DNA of 64,000 nt from Eledone cirrhosa (taxonomy: Eukaryota): positions 343,232,001 to 343,296,000 of the forward strand of contig OZ024743.1 of assembly GCA_964016885.1 (NCBI GenBank). The letters are read 5' to 3'. The notes beneath the pieces are model-generated. The model saw only the letters and a list, made by a program, of their open reading frames with translations, ran no database searches and was not told the DNA's origin. Made by a program: the position numbers and the translations under genes. Position 1 is the stretch's first letter. The number at the start of each line of letters is the position of its first letter. Below are positions 43,084 to 56,725 of the stretch, piece after piece.

Positions 43084-44312
43084 ATGTATATATATATATA
43101 TATACACATACATACATACATACATAGGATAGAACCAGTTTAAAATTAATTAGACCATTACTCAACAGAGTACTCGGCACTTGAGGTAGTAGAGTATGGG
43201 TATATTATAAAGAGTCAGGACACAACAGCTGAGCTCTTGCCATTTCAACAGCTAGTTTCAGACAGTGTGTGTGTGTCCATGTTAGCGTGGAAAATAGATG
43301 TTAAACGATGATTATATGTATATGGAGTGAGAGACAGATGAGACATAAAATATAACAGATGCAATTTGAAATCCTGATGCCATTAGAAAAATACTCTGGT
43401 ATAAGACATGGCACCATTAAACAAACTGAATTTTTCTGCTACACTATTCCTCAAAAAAAAAAAAAAATGCTGACTCCCTATTATTTTCAACAAAACCTTT
43501 TTCCAACAGTTGTGTTTCCTTGAAACCCTAAATCTTAAACCAATTACTTTCAACAAACATTCTTTCCCAGAATATTATCCTTCTGGAATTCACTTCCACT
43601 TAAGAATTATTTTTCCTCCTCTGCTAAACAAATAAACTCCCATGGTTCCCTAGAGTATCCAGAGGAAAATCACAAGAACATTAAATTTACATCAATAACT
43701 TCTAATGGAGTTTATATTGATAAAATATACCAATATTCTTAAATTTTTTTATAAGCTTATATTCTTTATGCACTACAACACTTCCACATAAGAATAACCC
43801 TCCCTCCCTCATTTGTTTCAGATGAAGGGACAGGTGCAATATCAAATGAAGTGTCTTACTAAATGATACAATGTATCAGCAGTCCGGGAATTTAATACAC
43901 AACATTATGAAATCAACACTGTCATGATAAGGTTATACAAAATAAAACTCACAAAAAGATTGTAACTTAAACCTATAACATAGCTTTGTGAAATAGAAGT
44001 TTCAATAGAAAATTGATAAGTGACTGAGTTTTAGGATATAATAATTGTTGTTGAAAAATGTGATCATTGAAAGCAAATTTAACTGGGTTGATAGATGAGC
44101 TTTGTTGAAGCCAAATACAGTGAAAGTATCAATCCTATGTGACATATTAGTAGTATATTTTAGATTGCTGAGAAAATAGGAGATGGTAGTGGTGGTAGAG
44201 AAGAGAAGTATTAATATGCTGAGAAAAAATAAGAGTAATTTTAATTTTGCAAAAGGATTACGGTGGTAAGAAGAAAAAAGATTTTTAAATCATTCTCAAA
44301 TCTAAAGGTTCG

Positions 44313-44748
44313 TCAGCACCCAGTTCATACATAAATATTATTCTCCTTTCTTGTAGATATCTGCCTTCCTTCTTTCTCAATTTCAAAATGCCCGCTTCAC
44401 AGTGGTCATTTTTACTGTTATCAATTTTTCGAACTACACCACATTGGCTATTAGACCTCTCCCTTAAACCATCACATCTTGTTCTCTCTCTCTCATTAAT
44501 TCACCCCGGTGCTACGAAGCCAGACGCAAATTTTTGATTTCTGAAAGTCTACATGGATTCCTAAATACCATCAGCACCCAGTTCATACGTAAATATTATT
44601 CTCCTTTCTCGTAGATATCTGCCTTCCTTCTTTCTCAATTTCAAAATGTTCATACTGGTCATTTTTACTGTTATCAATGTTTCAAACTACACCACGTTGG
44701 CTATTAGACCTCTCCCTTAAACCATCACATCTCGTTCTCTCTCTCATT
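44313..44748 (+). repeat. Direct repeat of about 180 bp (44313-44496 and 44571-44748)
   Basis: TCAGCACCCAGTTCATAC...CTCTCTCTCATT occurs twice, separated by about 75 bp. Confidence 0.9.
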
Positions 44749-44799
44749 CATTCCGGTTTATTTTATTGCTGTTTATTCCTAAATCTCCTATGATGATGA

Positions 44800-47700
44800 T
44801 ATACGTGTGCTGGCTGCCTATCTCTCTCACAATTTCCCTCCCACCCACCCCCACAGGCTATTCAACCAATCAAACCTCAATCCATTATCAACCCCTACAA
44901 ACACTATTACTACTACTACTACTGTCCTTCTAGCCCTGCACTAAATAATAATAACTCATTACTGATATCTATGGATGAGCTGGAGATAAATGTAGCAACC
45001 CCGAATTAATAAATGAATATGAATTTGCAAGCTACCAAACAGCCATGCAAAGCTTCAATCCAGAGACAGGTTGCATACCCCCCGCAAAAAAATTCACATC
45101 ATTGTACGAGTGATGGCAAATGCCCAAAACTCTGAGTTGGAACCATCAATGTAAGCACAATGAAAGGAAGAGCAGGAGAAATTGTAGAGATGCTAGAGTG
45201 AAAGGAAATTGATGTATGCTGTGTGCAAGAGACTAGATGGAGAGGAGAGTCCGCTAGAGTCCTCGTAGGCAAAAGTCAATGCTACAAATTTTTCTGGGAG
45301 GGAAATGACAACAGGATGGGAGGTGTAGGTATACTATTAGCTGACAAATGGGTTGATAAGGTAATCTCAGTGAACAGGGTCAATGCAAGAATTATTAAAC
45401 AGACTAGTCCTGAATAAAACAATTACCACAATAGTATTAGCTTACGCGCCCCAATCGGGGTTGCCAGACAAACTTAAGGATAGATTTTACGAGTCCCTAA
45501 TGCACACTACTGCCCTAACAAGTGACAATGACTTCCTAATCATTGCAGGAGATTTCAATGGACACGTTGGTAAACACCATGACGGCTTCTATAGAGTCCA
45601 TGGAGGCCACGGGTTTGGCACAAGAAATGAAGAAGCCTGAAGCCTTCTGGAATTCTGCGACGCCAATGACATGTCGATGTGTAACACAAACTTCGAAAAA
45701 CCCGACAACCATCTGATCATCTATAGATCAGGGGAGCATTCTAGTCAGATTTTATCCTCATCAGAGGGCATGATAGATGGACGGTTGTAAACACAAAGCC
45801 TTCCCTGATGAGGAATGTACCTCCCAACATAACTTAGTTGTCAGCGACCTCGCTGTCAAAACTAGACGTACTTGGAAACAGAAGGCAATCTGGAGGAGAA
45901 AGATCTGGAAGCTGAAAGACCCCTCTGTCAGTAACAGGTTTAAAGATATTCTACTCGATGCCTTTGACAGTAAAGAAGAACAGATAGAGACATTCAATTT
46001 AGAAGAGCACTGGGAGTTCCTAAAAAATAACTTACTAAAGGCGACGGACAAGATCTGTGGTTGGAGCAAGACCACAGAGAGGAGGAGAGTAACTTGTTGG
46101 TGGAACAATAAGGTAGATGAGGCAGTTAAGGCTAAGAGACAGGCATGGAAAGAATAGAAGAACGGAGGTAGCAGGGTACATTACATAGAGACCAGGAGGG
46201 GAGCTAGGCGACAAGTATACTTAGCTAGAAGGGAAGCAGAGGATAGAAAATTCAAGCATGTTTTGTAACGTGAGGACCAGAAACAGGAGGTGTTCAAGAT
46301 TGCGAGGCAGTGTGTCAGAGAGAATTGTGATGTCATTGGAGAGAAGTGTATCCGGAATAATAAAGGTGAGCTTGCCCTCACAAGTGCCGAGAAGAAAGCT
46401 GCGTGGAAGAGCCATTATGAAAGATTACTAAATGAGGAGAATGCATGGGAAAAAGAGACCCTACCCCAAGTGGACCCTATAGAGGGGCCAGCAGTACAAG
46501 TCAGCAGCAGCGTAGTAAGTAGGGCAATCAAAAATATGAAGACAGTGAAGGCAACGGTCCATCGGGTATAGCCGCCGAGATGCTGAAGGCATCTGGGTCG
46601 GTAGGTCACACCATAACCACACAAATTGTTAACCAGGTAATACTAGAGCGTATCATACCAAAGGATTGGTGCAGCAGCATTGTCAACTGCTACAAAGGTA
46701 AAGGTGATGCACTAGATAGAGGAAACTATAGAGGTATAAAGCTGGTGGACCAGGTCTTGAAAGTAATGGAAAGAGTTATAGCACAGTTGATTAGGAACCG
46801 GGTGAAACTAGATGAGATGCAATTTGGGTTTGTACCAGGAAAAGGCACCACTGAACCCCTCTTCCTTGTGAGGCAGTTACAGGAAAAGTACCTAGCTAAA
46901 GGTAAGCTGCTCTACCTGGCATTCGTAGATCTGGAAAAAGCCTTCGACAGAGTTCCCTGTGCTATAATCTGGTGGGCTCTTAGAAAATTAGGAGTAGATG
47001 AATGGCTTGTGAAAGCTGTAAAAGCCATGTATAGAGGAGCAGTCAGCAAAGTTAGAGTTAGCAAAGAGTATAGCGAGGAATTTAGCATACAGGTCGGTGT
47101 GCACCAGGGCTCTGTCCTTAGCCCTCTCCTGTTCATTATAGTTTTGCAGGCAATAACGGAGGAGTTTAAGACCGGATGCCCATGGGAACTCATGTATGTG
47201 GATGATCTCGCACTTATAGCTGAATCCATGGTGGAACTAGAGAAGAAATTCCAAACATGGAAGCAGGGACTAGAAAGAAAGGGTCTCAGAGTCAACCTGA
47301 CGAAGACAAAGGTTCTTGTAAGTAGACGAGAAAACAGAACCCAGATTCCCTCACGGAAATGGACTTGCTCAGTATGTAGGAAAGGTGTAGGTAGGAACTC
47401 CATCCTCTGCCCCAAATGCAAACAATGGGTACACAAGAAATGTAGTGGAATCTCAGGAAGTTTAACTAAGAATGTAGGCTTCATATGTAGCAGCTGCGCT
47501 GGGACTGCAAGCAGCAAACGACCACAGGAAACAAGCACCACCAAACTCTGGGAGGGCTCTGTAGAAACAGTAGACAGCTTCTGCTGCCTCGGTGACCGAA
47601 TTAGCAGCGGAGGTGGGTGTTCGGAAAGTACAATAACTAGAGAAAGAAGTTCAGGGAGCTACTGCCACTGCTAGCTGCAAAAGGCTTTTCCCTCAAAATG

Positions 47701-48418
47701 AAAGGCAGAATGTATGATGCGTGTATACGAACACCAATGTTACATGGAAGTGAAACCTGGGCGTTGTCTGTAGAAGACTTGCACAGATTAGAAAGAAACG
47801 AAGCCTGCATGCTCCGATGGATGTGTAATAATAATATACACGAACGGCAAAGTATAAACGAATTGAGAGAGAGACTGAGCATCAGAGGAATCAAATGCTG
47901 TGTGCAGGAGGGAGGTTACATTGGTATGGACATGTGATGCGTATGAAGGATGACAGCTGCATAAAAAGGTGCAGAGCACTAGAAGACCTGGGATGAGGTG
48001 ATAAAAGCCGACCATACCCAATTGCACCTCTCAAGAGCAATGACACATGACCGTGACCTCTGGCGTCACGCAGTAATACAGAAGACTCAACCCCCCACAA
48101 GAACAAGCCGAAGCTGAAGCATATAGACAATATGCCCCCACACCCTCCCACTGCAAAGTGGTCGTGGAGGTGCCACAACAAAAAAGCACCCAGCCCACAC
48201 TGTAAAGTGGACGTGTAGGCGCCACGGAAAAAAAGCACCCAGCACTCACTGTAAATGAGGTTGGTGTTAGGAAGGGCATCCAGCTGTAGAAATCAAGCCT
48301 GAATCGGTTCCTGTATGAGCAAGACAAGGTCAGCCGACTGGACACTGCCCACAACAAGACAACCTGTCTAACCCATGCTAGCATGGAAGAATGGACGTAA
48401 AACGATGATGATGATGAT
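44800..48418 (+). mobile_element. Near full-length RTE LINE (APE endonuclease, RT, PHD), inactivated by stops and frameshifts
   Basis: [69 protein letters not shown]; (GAT)n tail. The 5' boundary is approximate. Confidence 0.95.
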
Positions 48419-48419
48419 T

Positions 48420-48622
48420 CGATCGACTTTCATCAAATCGGAACGATGAAATAATGTTTCTATTTGTCTTTCCAATTGCTAATAGTATCTATCTGTCGCA
48501 ACTCCAGGTAGAAGGAACAATGTGAAATAAAGTGTCTTGCTCAAGGAGATAACGCATCACCCGGTCCAGTAATCAAACTCACAACAGCTAATCTAATTCT
48601 CTAACTACTCTGCCACACACCT
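48420..48622 (-). mobile_element. SINE family B
   Basis: TGTGAAATAAAGTGTCTTGCTCAAGGA; tail homologous to 40720-40805. Confidence 0.8.
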
Positions 48623-49052
48623 TATATATATATATATAAATAATAATACAGGCCAACTATATATGCTCACTCCACTTTTCCCTTCACTGCTCTGTATACA
48701 CACCCTTATATTAACATACTTTTGCTCATAGCTTCGTACTTACATGCACACACATTCTTTTACTCACATATACACACAAATTTCTTCTTATCTTCGTACG
48801 GACGTATAACAACACACACACATGCTTACACACGTGCACAAGTATAGCTCCTTTTACAAAACATTTTTTTTTTCCATTTCAGGTAGACGCGCTCCATCAT
48901 CCAGTTTTATAAAAAATAAATCATATACAAAACACCAGCACCAACAGTTTTGCAAGAGATGTCAACATGAATGGACCTGTTATTTTTATCTAAAGACATT
49001 TTTTCCAATTCCAACCCGCCTGTCCCCTCATTCTATCTTATTTCTCATTCTT

Positions 49053-49088
49053 TCTTCTGATGAAGGACTAGTGTCCGAAACGTTAAGA
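49053..49088 (+). ncRNA. Minimal type I hammerhead ribozyme
   Basis: TCTT CTGATGA A GGAC-TAGT-GTCC GAAAC GTT AAGA, with palindromic AACGTT in place of helix III. Confidence 0.75.
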
Positions 49089-49232
49089 CCCTCTTCCTGC
49101 TATATCAAGCGAGCTTTTACATACATATATATATACACACACATACACACACACACATTCAATATAAGGGGTGCACAGGAGAATAAAGACGATGGAATAA
49201 TATTACTTCTAAAGTCATGCAGACTTTAAAAC

Positions 49233-49263
<31 letters not shown>

Positions 49264-50189
49264 AGTTTTTTTTACCAATATATATATTTAGTTAGTACAA
49301 TTTGTTAGTCTTCAGAGCATTCTTTCTGTTTTCTGTGCTCTGAGTTCAAACCCAGTCGGGGTCCACTTTTCTGTTCAGATTCGATAAAGAATGTACCTAA
49401 CTAGTGCTTGTACAGTCCTCTCTCTCCTTCTAGCTGTTACATCAGAGATGTTCCACTAAGGGGCTCTGTGTCTGGTTATGACTACACACCTAAAATCTTT
49501 AATGGAAGCATAGTACACACTATTAAGTCATACTCAATTGTAGTTAGTTTTCAATTCTCAAATCTACTGAGTTTTGTACATAACATAAGTAGCATACATT
49601 TTGTGTATTTCAATTAATTTAAAGAATTTTAATTAATTTAAAGAATTTTAATCAGAAAAATAAAAATAATATATTTAAAAATAAAATATAATAAACTTTT
49701 GACAACAGATATTTAACAGGAAATGTAATTTTCGGAAATGTAATTTCCTGAAATTCTTCTTCTAAGTGCATCTATTGAATATGTAGTGCTGATATGCATG
49801 AAATGGGAAACTCAAGCCGAGACAGTGGCTAAACTGTAAAGTTATCAACAAATGTGTGTAGTTGCATTAATGCAGACAGATGGTGCAAATAAATGACACC
49901 AGCAGCATGAAAAAGTACCATCTACTGAAATAGAAGACACGCATGGCACAGGGATTTATTTTTGTTTTTTGGTGGCTGCTGTTTTTCACTGTTTAGTCAG
50001 GCAGAGAGAAGAGCAGTGTCTATGTCCCATTTCAGAGCCTCCAAGCATAGTAAAAGGAAAGGAGGAAGGTATACTCAAACTGAAGACCTGGCCAGAATGC
50101 TTGCAACAGTGTTCTGCTAAAGGCACTCAAAGGCCAGGTGGCAGTGTTAAATCAGACATGAGAACAAGTCTACCATCCAAGTAGACTAC

Positions 50190-50425
50190 AGCTGAATTTG
50201 AACTTAGAACGGGAAGAACCAGAACAAATACCACAAGGCATCTCATCCAATGATCTAACAATTCTATCAATCCACTGCCACTGAGTGGTACTTTATTTTA
50301 GCAACCCTGAAAGGAGAAAATACAACACTGACATCAGTAGTATTTGAACTCAAACTACAGAGTGACTGAACAAATACTGCAAGGGATTTTATTTGACATT
50401 CTAACAAATCTACCAATTCACTGCT
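50190..50425 (-). mobile_element. Two decayed SINE family A fragments
   Basis: ATTTGAACT(T/C)A...AACAAATAC..CAAGG...CAAT(C/T)CACTGC occurs twice. Confidence 0.6.
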
Positions 50426-50429
50426 CTAA

Positions 50430-50650
50430 CCCTTTAGCATTTAGACCAGCCATATCCAGCCAGAATTCTCTCACCTCTTTCTGTTCAAACCAGCCATAAC
50501 TGGCCACTTATACTGATGTTAAGGTATTGTTCTCAAAATAAATAATATCAAAATCTCATAGATTCAATATTATGTGAGATAATTAGGTGAGGTAAAGTCT
50601 TTATCATGAAAATACAACAGTAAATATAGAGTAATGTAAATGCTAAAGAG
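50430..50650 (+). mobile_element. piggyBac-like MITE
   Basis: CCCTTTAGCATTT...AAATGCTAAAGAG-TTAA; same family as 10389-10593. Confidence 0.88.
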
Positions 50651-50739
50651 TTAAATGTTGGGAAAACATAGGAAGAGAATATGAGGCTGTATCTCAGGAA
50701 TTCTTAGCAATAAGAACACCTATGGAATAAATTCTTTCA

Positions 50740-51150
50740 AACCCCCAGCAGGCTCCTCAGAAATAGATGATAGATTTTGTTAACTAAAAAACCTAATTGG
50801 CAGTGGGTGTGGGTGTTCCAAAGCATAACAAGTGTAAGATCAGTATGGAAAAGGTTAACTGTGAAGAGCTGATTGTATAATGCTTGTATACAGTTTGATA
50901 ATGCATGGTAGCAAAACATGGGCTTTAAACATAGAAAATGTATTAAAGCAGGAAAGAAATATGACAAACACGCTCCAATGGATGTGTAGTGTTAGTGTGC
51001 ATATACAAGGGAACAGAAACATAATGAAAGGAATATTAAATATAAGATGTAGTGTCCAAGATAGGAGGCTGAGTTGATACAGATATGTGATGCACATGAA
51101 CAAGTGCCAAAAAGTACAAATAGAGTGTACTTAAGGAGTACCTGCTGGAG
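50740..51150 (+). mobile_element. Decayed RTE fragment
   Basis: MHGSKTWALN...LQWMCSVS...RCSVQDRRL. Confidence 0.7.
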
Positions 51151-51185
51151 AAGATTCATTAATCCAAACATAAAAAAAGATATAT

Positions 51186-51234
<49 letters not shown>

Positions 51235-52014
51235 GTGTTGTATGTGTGTGTAAAAGAGAGAGTGAAAGGGGAGGGAGAGAGAGTGACTAAGCAAGCAGTA
51301 AAGTAATGGTGAGGCAGATGAAGAGAGGAAGTCAGTTGTTATGTGTCAGATATTGTTGGGGTGGATGAAGGTGGGCAGAATAGGAAAAATAGTTGTCTAA
51401 TATGACATTATTAGGTAAATGACCCAGTCATAGCCAATACTTTGCCGGGAGATAATTGCTAGATACAATGTAAATAACAGCTTATTACCAGCAATATTAC
51501 ACCTCTCAGTGGCAGACATGAATTGGCTTTAAAGGTTATATGTTCTAAATTAACAGTTACCAAGGGTTCATGGTGCCAGAGTTCATATCCTATCGAGAGT
51601 ATTGTTCTTTCAGTGTAGAATAGAAACTAACCTTGTGTAGATTACAAATTTTTCTGCTTTATATTATACAGCACCTACCACTTGCCAATCTCTCTCACAC
51701 ACACACAAACATCAAAATCATCATTCTTGGGTCAACTTTTCTATGCTTGCATGGGTTGGTGCTAGGATGGGCATCCAATCAAAACAAAAGGTTGGGAAGA
51801 TCTTTCAGTTGTGTCTAAGACAATCTCCCTAGTGTTGATGCCATAATAAAATATAATGTGTACATTCTGTAAAGTGGTTGATGTTAGGAAGGGCATCTAG
51901 CTGTAGAAGCCATGCCAAACCAGAACTTATGTAACTGAGATATGGCCTCCAGCGTGTCTGGAAGGACATTAACTCCAATTAAGTACAGACTTAGAAGAAA
52001 AATAGACATTAAAT

Positions 52015-52182
52015 ACTTTTGGCACAAGGCCAGCAATTATCCCAGTGCATTACTGGTACTTTATTTTATCGACTCTAAGATGAAAGGCAAAGTTAACCTC
52101 GGCGGGATTTGAACTCAGACCGTAAAGGGGCGTAACTCTGTGCTACAAAACATGACGCCCGACTGTCTACTGATACTGCCAA
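52015..52182 (-). mobile_element. SINE family A
   Basis: GATGAAAGGCAAAGTTAACCTCGGCGGGATTTGAACTCAG. Confidence 0.85.
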
Positions 52183-52764
52183 TATGATCAAACATTAATT
52201 GAATGAGTAATTATATGTATAAGCAGAGTGTAAAAAATATTTTTTACAGAGAAAAGTAATAGTGACAATAGACTTCCTTACAGCTTCTGTTTACCAAATT
52301 TACTTACAAGGCATTAACCAGCCTAAAACGTTTGCCACATGAATACAGTATTACTAAACATTTAAGTAAAAATCTTTAAAAAGTTGAGTTTTTTCAGGTA
52401 ATGAAAAGGACCACCTAATTCATCATCACCATCACTATCATTACATCTACTGACATAGGTTGGACAGTTTGTATTGAGACAACGTTTTACAGCCAGATGC
52501 CCTTCCTGACACCCTTTTAGTTGCATTTTACCATATACAGGGATATGGTGTATCTATTCTAAAAACAAGGATACACATGGTATGTTCTACATATTATATC
52601 TCTATATGTAGAACAGTGAAAATGTGCAATGTGTTTCTAAAGTTTAGTAAGTAACACTTTACTTTTGTGGTTAACTAAATTCTAGTGATAGCACCTTTGT
52701 TTCATCATTTTCTTGTTTATAGGAAAAATTCAAAGAATTAAAAAAGAAAGAACAAACCTACACA

Positions 52765-52925
52765 GGCACAGGTATGGTTATGTAGTTAAGGAGTTCACTT
52801 CACAACCGTGTGGTTTCAGGTTCACTTCCACTGCGTGGCAGCATGGGCAAGTGACTTCTATTATAGCCATGGGTTGACCAATGACTTGTGAGTGAAATTC
52901 AGTAGACAGAAACTACAAAAGCATG
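52765..52925 (+). mobile_element. CORE-type SINE (family C)
   Basis: tRNA-like head followed by the CORE-like motif TGGGCAAGTGACTT. Confidence 0.7.
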
Positions 52926-55082
52926 TTGTATATGTGTATAATATATGTGTGTCTCCTATGTCTGAGTTTATGTTTGTATTTGTATCTATGTTTATATTTC
53001 ATAACTGAAAATAATTACAAGACCTTAAAAAATAGGTACTAAGGTTAATATGGTTGACTAAATCCCTTTAAGAGTATAAATATTTAGTTCTGCACCATAT
53101 TTAAGTGTTTCCCATAATTTTATAAACACTAGCTACAAGTCACATAGCAATCATTTCTTCCCACTAAGAAACTATTTGACCAAATCTGTCTAATGGGTTT
53201 TGCTCCTACTTCATGGATCAGTGGTTAGCAGTAGAAGGAGTATCAGCTTTCTTTTTACAGTTTGACAAAGGAATTTATTTATCCTATTATGATAGTATTT
53301 CTAATGAAATACACTATTTCAATTAGTTAATGAAAACTTTTGAAGGATTTACTAAAATTATTAATTATTTCATAACTAAGATAATAATTAAACCTATAGT
53401 TCTTATATAAAAACATTTTAGAAGATTTAAATAGGAACCCTTTAAAATTGAGTGTTTTAGTTTCAGAGAACAGGATCAAATATACACAGCGTAAACAAAA
53501 ATTAACCCCCACCCCACAAAAAAGAGAAAAAAACAACTAAAACAAAGCAACTTATCAGTTGAACAGCATATCTTAAGTCTGCCCTATGGACAAGATAGCA
53601 AAAACATTGCCATGAAGAACAGCAAACATCTGCTGTATCAGCCATTCAACTTTACAGGGTTTCTTTCTCATCTTGATTTGGTGGAGGAACTCTTCAATTT
53701 ATTTTATAAGTATGTTGTATTGCACATCATAATACTATGTGGTAGGGATGTATGGTTTATGTGAGCCATAAACAAATGTCATTAATGGCTTTAAGCATTG
53801 TTTGTGTAGGTGTAGGTTTACTGACAAACGCCTACATGTACACAGAAGGCTTGTTTTAGTGTCCATCTATCAAATTCCCTCTAAGGCATTGGTTGTTTTA
53901 GACCTTAGAACACCGACATGTATGTGTAGCGAAAGAAATGTTCCCACAGTTCCTCTCACTGACTTGGCCAATAAAAATTGGCCTTCAACTACACTTAGAG
54001 AAAAACACATGAAGAATCCAGATGCTGCTAGGTTTAACGACACCAAGGAAGGAGAAGATAGCGGGAGGCCATAGGTTAATATAAATAGGCTGTCCTGAAA
54101 CCAGAAGACAGAGAGAATTTTCTATCACCAAAAGAAAACGTCACCTACTGGGCTTTGACTACTACCTTGCTGCTATGACTAACGAAAGATATCTTGCTAA
54201 TCTCTATTTCAGCATAACGAAACAACAAAAACGCTGTCAACTTTTATGATAATCTTATTCTTTGTTCCTTTATTCACTGAAGTGAAGTAAATTTCATATT
54301 TAAATGAAACGATCTATTTTGTTGTGTTATTTCCCCTCTAACAACACAACTTTGCTTTGCTTCATATGTACACACAGGCACACACATTAAATATATAAAG
54401 ACATTTTCCTCATAATACCCGCCATCCCTCGAAGATCTCCACCACCTTCCATTATAACCACCTTCTCACAACTCTTATAACCTCCAGCTTCTCCACCATT
54501 CACAATAACCTCCTACACCTCACACAAGACCAAAAAGAGTGGATGAAAAAGGCTAAACAAAAACATGAACCTTACAATCTGCAATGTAAGCAATCTGTGT
54601 AGGAAAGCCAGTAACTGAATAAAAACTAATTTAGAGTAGAGAGGACTCTATTCTTTCCACAAACAACCTCTCTAGTGTCATTGGCATGATAAAACACACC
54701 CAGTTTACACTGTAAAGTAGTTTGGGATAGGAAGGGCATCTAGCCATAAAGACATTGCTGAAAATAAACATTGACCCAGACACACAACTGCAGAGTTGGC
54801 TGGATTTCTCTGTTATGTGTGTCAGATGGTGAAAGGCTGTGACAAGTAAGAAGATCCATCCAATGATGATCAGGATCAGGATACTTTACATAGTCAGTAT
54901 TAACAAAAAACAAATGTAATTTCATCCGTACCCATAGCTAAATTATTGCTAGATAGACAAAAAATAAAGGTTTTCTTAAGTAGGTTTCTAATTACAGATA
55001 CTCCCATCTAAATAGATTTTCACCACACCCATTTAGGTATGTACATCAATTAAGGGCTGAGTGGAGACAGAAACCATGACAT

Positions 55083-55272
55083 TGGTGAATTGGCAGTATC
55101 GGTAGAGGGTTGGACGCCATGCTTTGATGCATAGAGTTACGGCCCTTGCCATTCTGAGTTAAAATCCCGCCGAGGTTAATTTTGCCTGTCATCCTTACGG
55201 GGTCGATAACATAAAGTACCAGTAATGTACTGAGTAATTGCTGGCCTTGTGCCTAAAGTAGAAACAATTATT
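55083..55272 (+). mobile_element. SINE family A
   Basis: TTGGCAGTATCGGTAGAGG...CCCGCCGAGGTTAA...GGGGTCGATAA. Confidence 0.88.
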
Positions 55273-55414
55273 ACCAAAAAAATGTCTACAAGCTTAAAAG
55301 TAGGAGTCTGAAACAAATGCTAGGTTACTGTAAGAACTTAAGAACCAAGTTGTGTTTTTGGTGATATCAACATCCACATACATATCTGAAGTAAAAAGAG
55401 AGCTTGTTACAGAG

Positions 55415-55670
55415 TTCTTCGCCCTCTTATTTCTGGAAGAGTCATGTAGGCAAATTTCTCAAGCATGCCTCCTCCAACAGGTCCTGTCAGAAGCAACCCT
55501 CACCAATTGATTAGGCTGGATCCCTAAGCAAGACCAGCAAGGTTCCTTGGTGTTCTCCAACCATTTTGCTTAGGATCTACCTCTGGGCCTCCTGCCGGTT
55601 GGTTTCGCACATGAAATCTGTCCAGCGATTCTTTCCTGAGACATTCTAACCACATGTCCATAGTATAGAA
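55415..55670 (-). mobile_element. RTE-group LINE 3' fragment (same family as 5090-5312)
   Basis: GTCCTGTCAGAAGCAACC...GGCTGGATCC...TCCAACCAT shared with 5090-5312. Confidence 0.7.
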
Positions 55671-56045
55671 CCTGTGATTGCAGTTAAAAACCTTATTCAG
55701 TTAATAGCTGGCAAAGAGAGGGCCTAACAGAGCCCACCAAAATTCCTTAGGTTTGGTTGTGACTGACTAAACAGGGCAATTTGAATTAAATTTAGCACTG
55801 ATTTGTGTGTCAACATTTGACTTCCAAGTTTTGGGCAGGTCATGAGAGACTGAGTCAGTATTCTAGCAGTGCTGAGCTCTCAGGAGGACTAGGATAGTTG
55901 TTGGGGGGAGACTTACATCTCATTTATATACACTCCTGCAATACCATTGTACTTAAGTATTTAAACAATAACTGAATGAACACTCAATACATGTAAACAA
56001 AGTGTCACTTTTCTCTTCCGAAAATATTTATACATATATATATTT

Positions 56046-56081
<36 letters not shown>

Positions 56082-56135
56082 CCACCAGTATCATCATCAT
56101 TTAACCATTTAATGCTGTTTTTCTCTGCTAGCAAG

Positions 56136-56196
<61 letters not shown>

Positions 56197-56450
56197 CTAA
56201 ATTATTGCTAGATATATATATATGAGAGAGAGAAATACATCACAGAATTGGGTTTCCCTGATGACTTCAAATTACAATAAGGGTGGTGTTGGTTGTATTC
56301 ATTAGTCATCAAGTTCGCATGATCAGGAGGATGTAATATCAATATTGTTTTTGTTAGAGGGAGTGGAGATGATGGTGGCAAAAGTATGGGTTATTATTTC
56401 GGCCCTTGTGGACAATAAATGAAATCATTATTATTTTTATTTATATATAG

Positions 56451-56636
56451 GGCAGTCAATTGGCAGTATTGGTAGAGGGTCAGACATGCTTTCCAGCGTA
56501 GTTACGTCCCTTTACGATCTGAGTTCAAATCCCACCGAGGTTAACTTTGCCTTTCATCCTTACAGGGTCGATAAAATAAAGTACCAGTAATACACTGGGT
56601 AATTGCTGGCCTTGTGCCAAAAGTAGAAACAATTAT
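56451..56636 (+). mobile_element. SINE family A
   Basis: GAGTTCAAATCCCACCGAGGTTAACTTTGCCTTTCATCC. Confidence 0.88.
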
Positions 56637-56652
56637 TATTTTTATTTTGTTA

Positions 56653-56684
<32 letters not shown>

Positions 56685-56725
56685 CGATATTAAACAAATG
56701 GAAACTATATTTATAAAACCATATT

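Noticed and set aside
52723-52771. Micro-exon EKFKELKKKEQTYTGT
   Set aside because: The donor comes from a SINE head, the sequence is A-rich and nothing else supports it.
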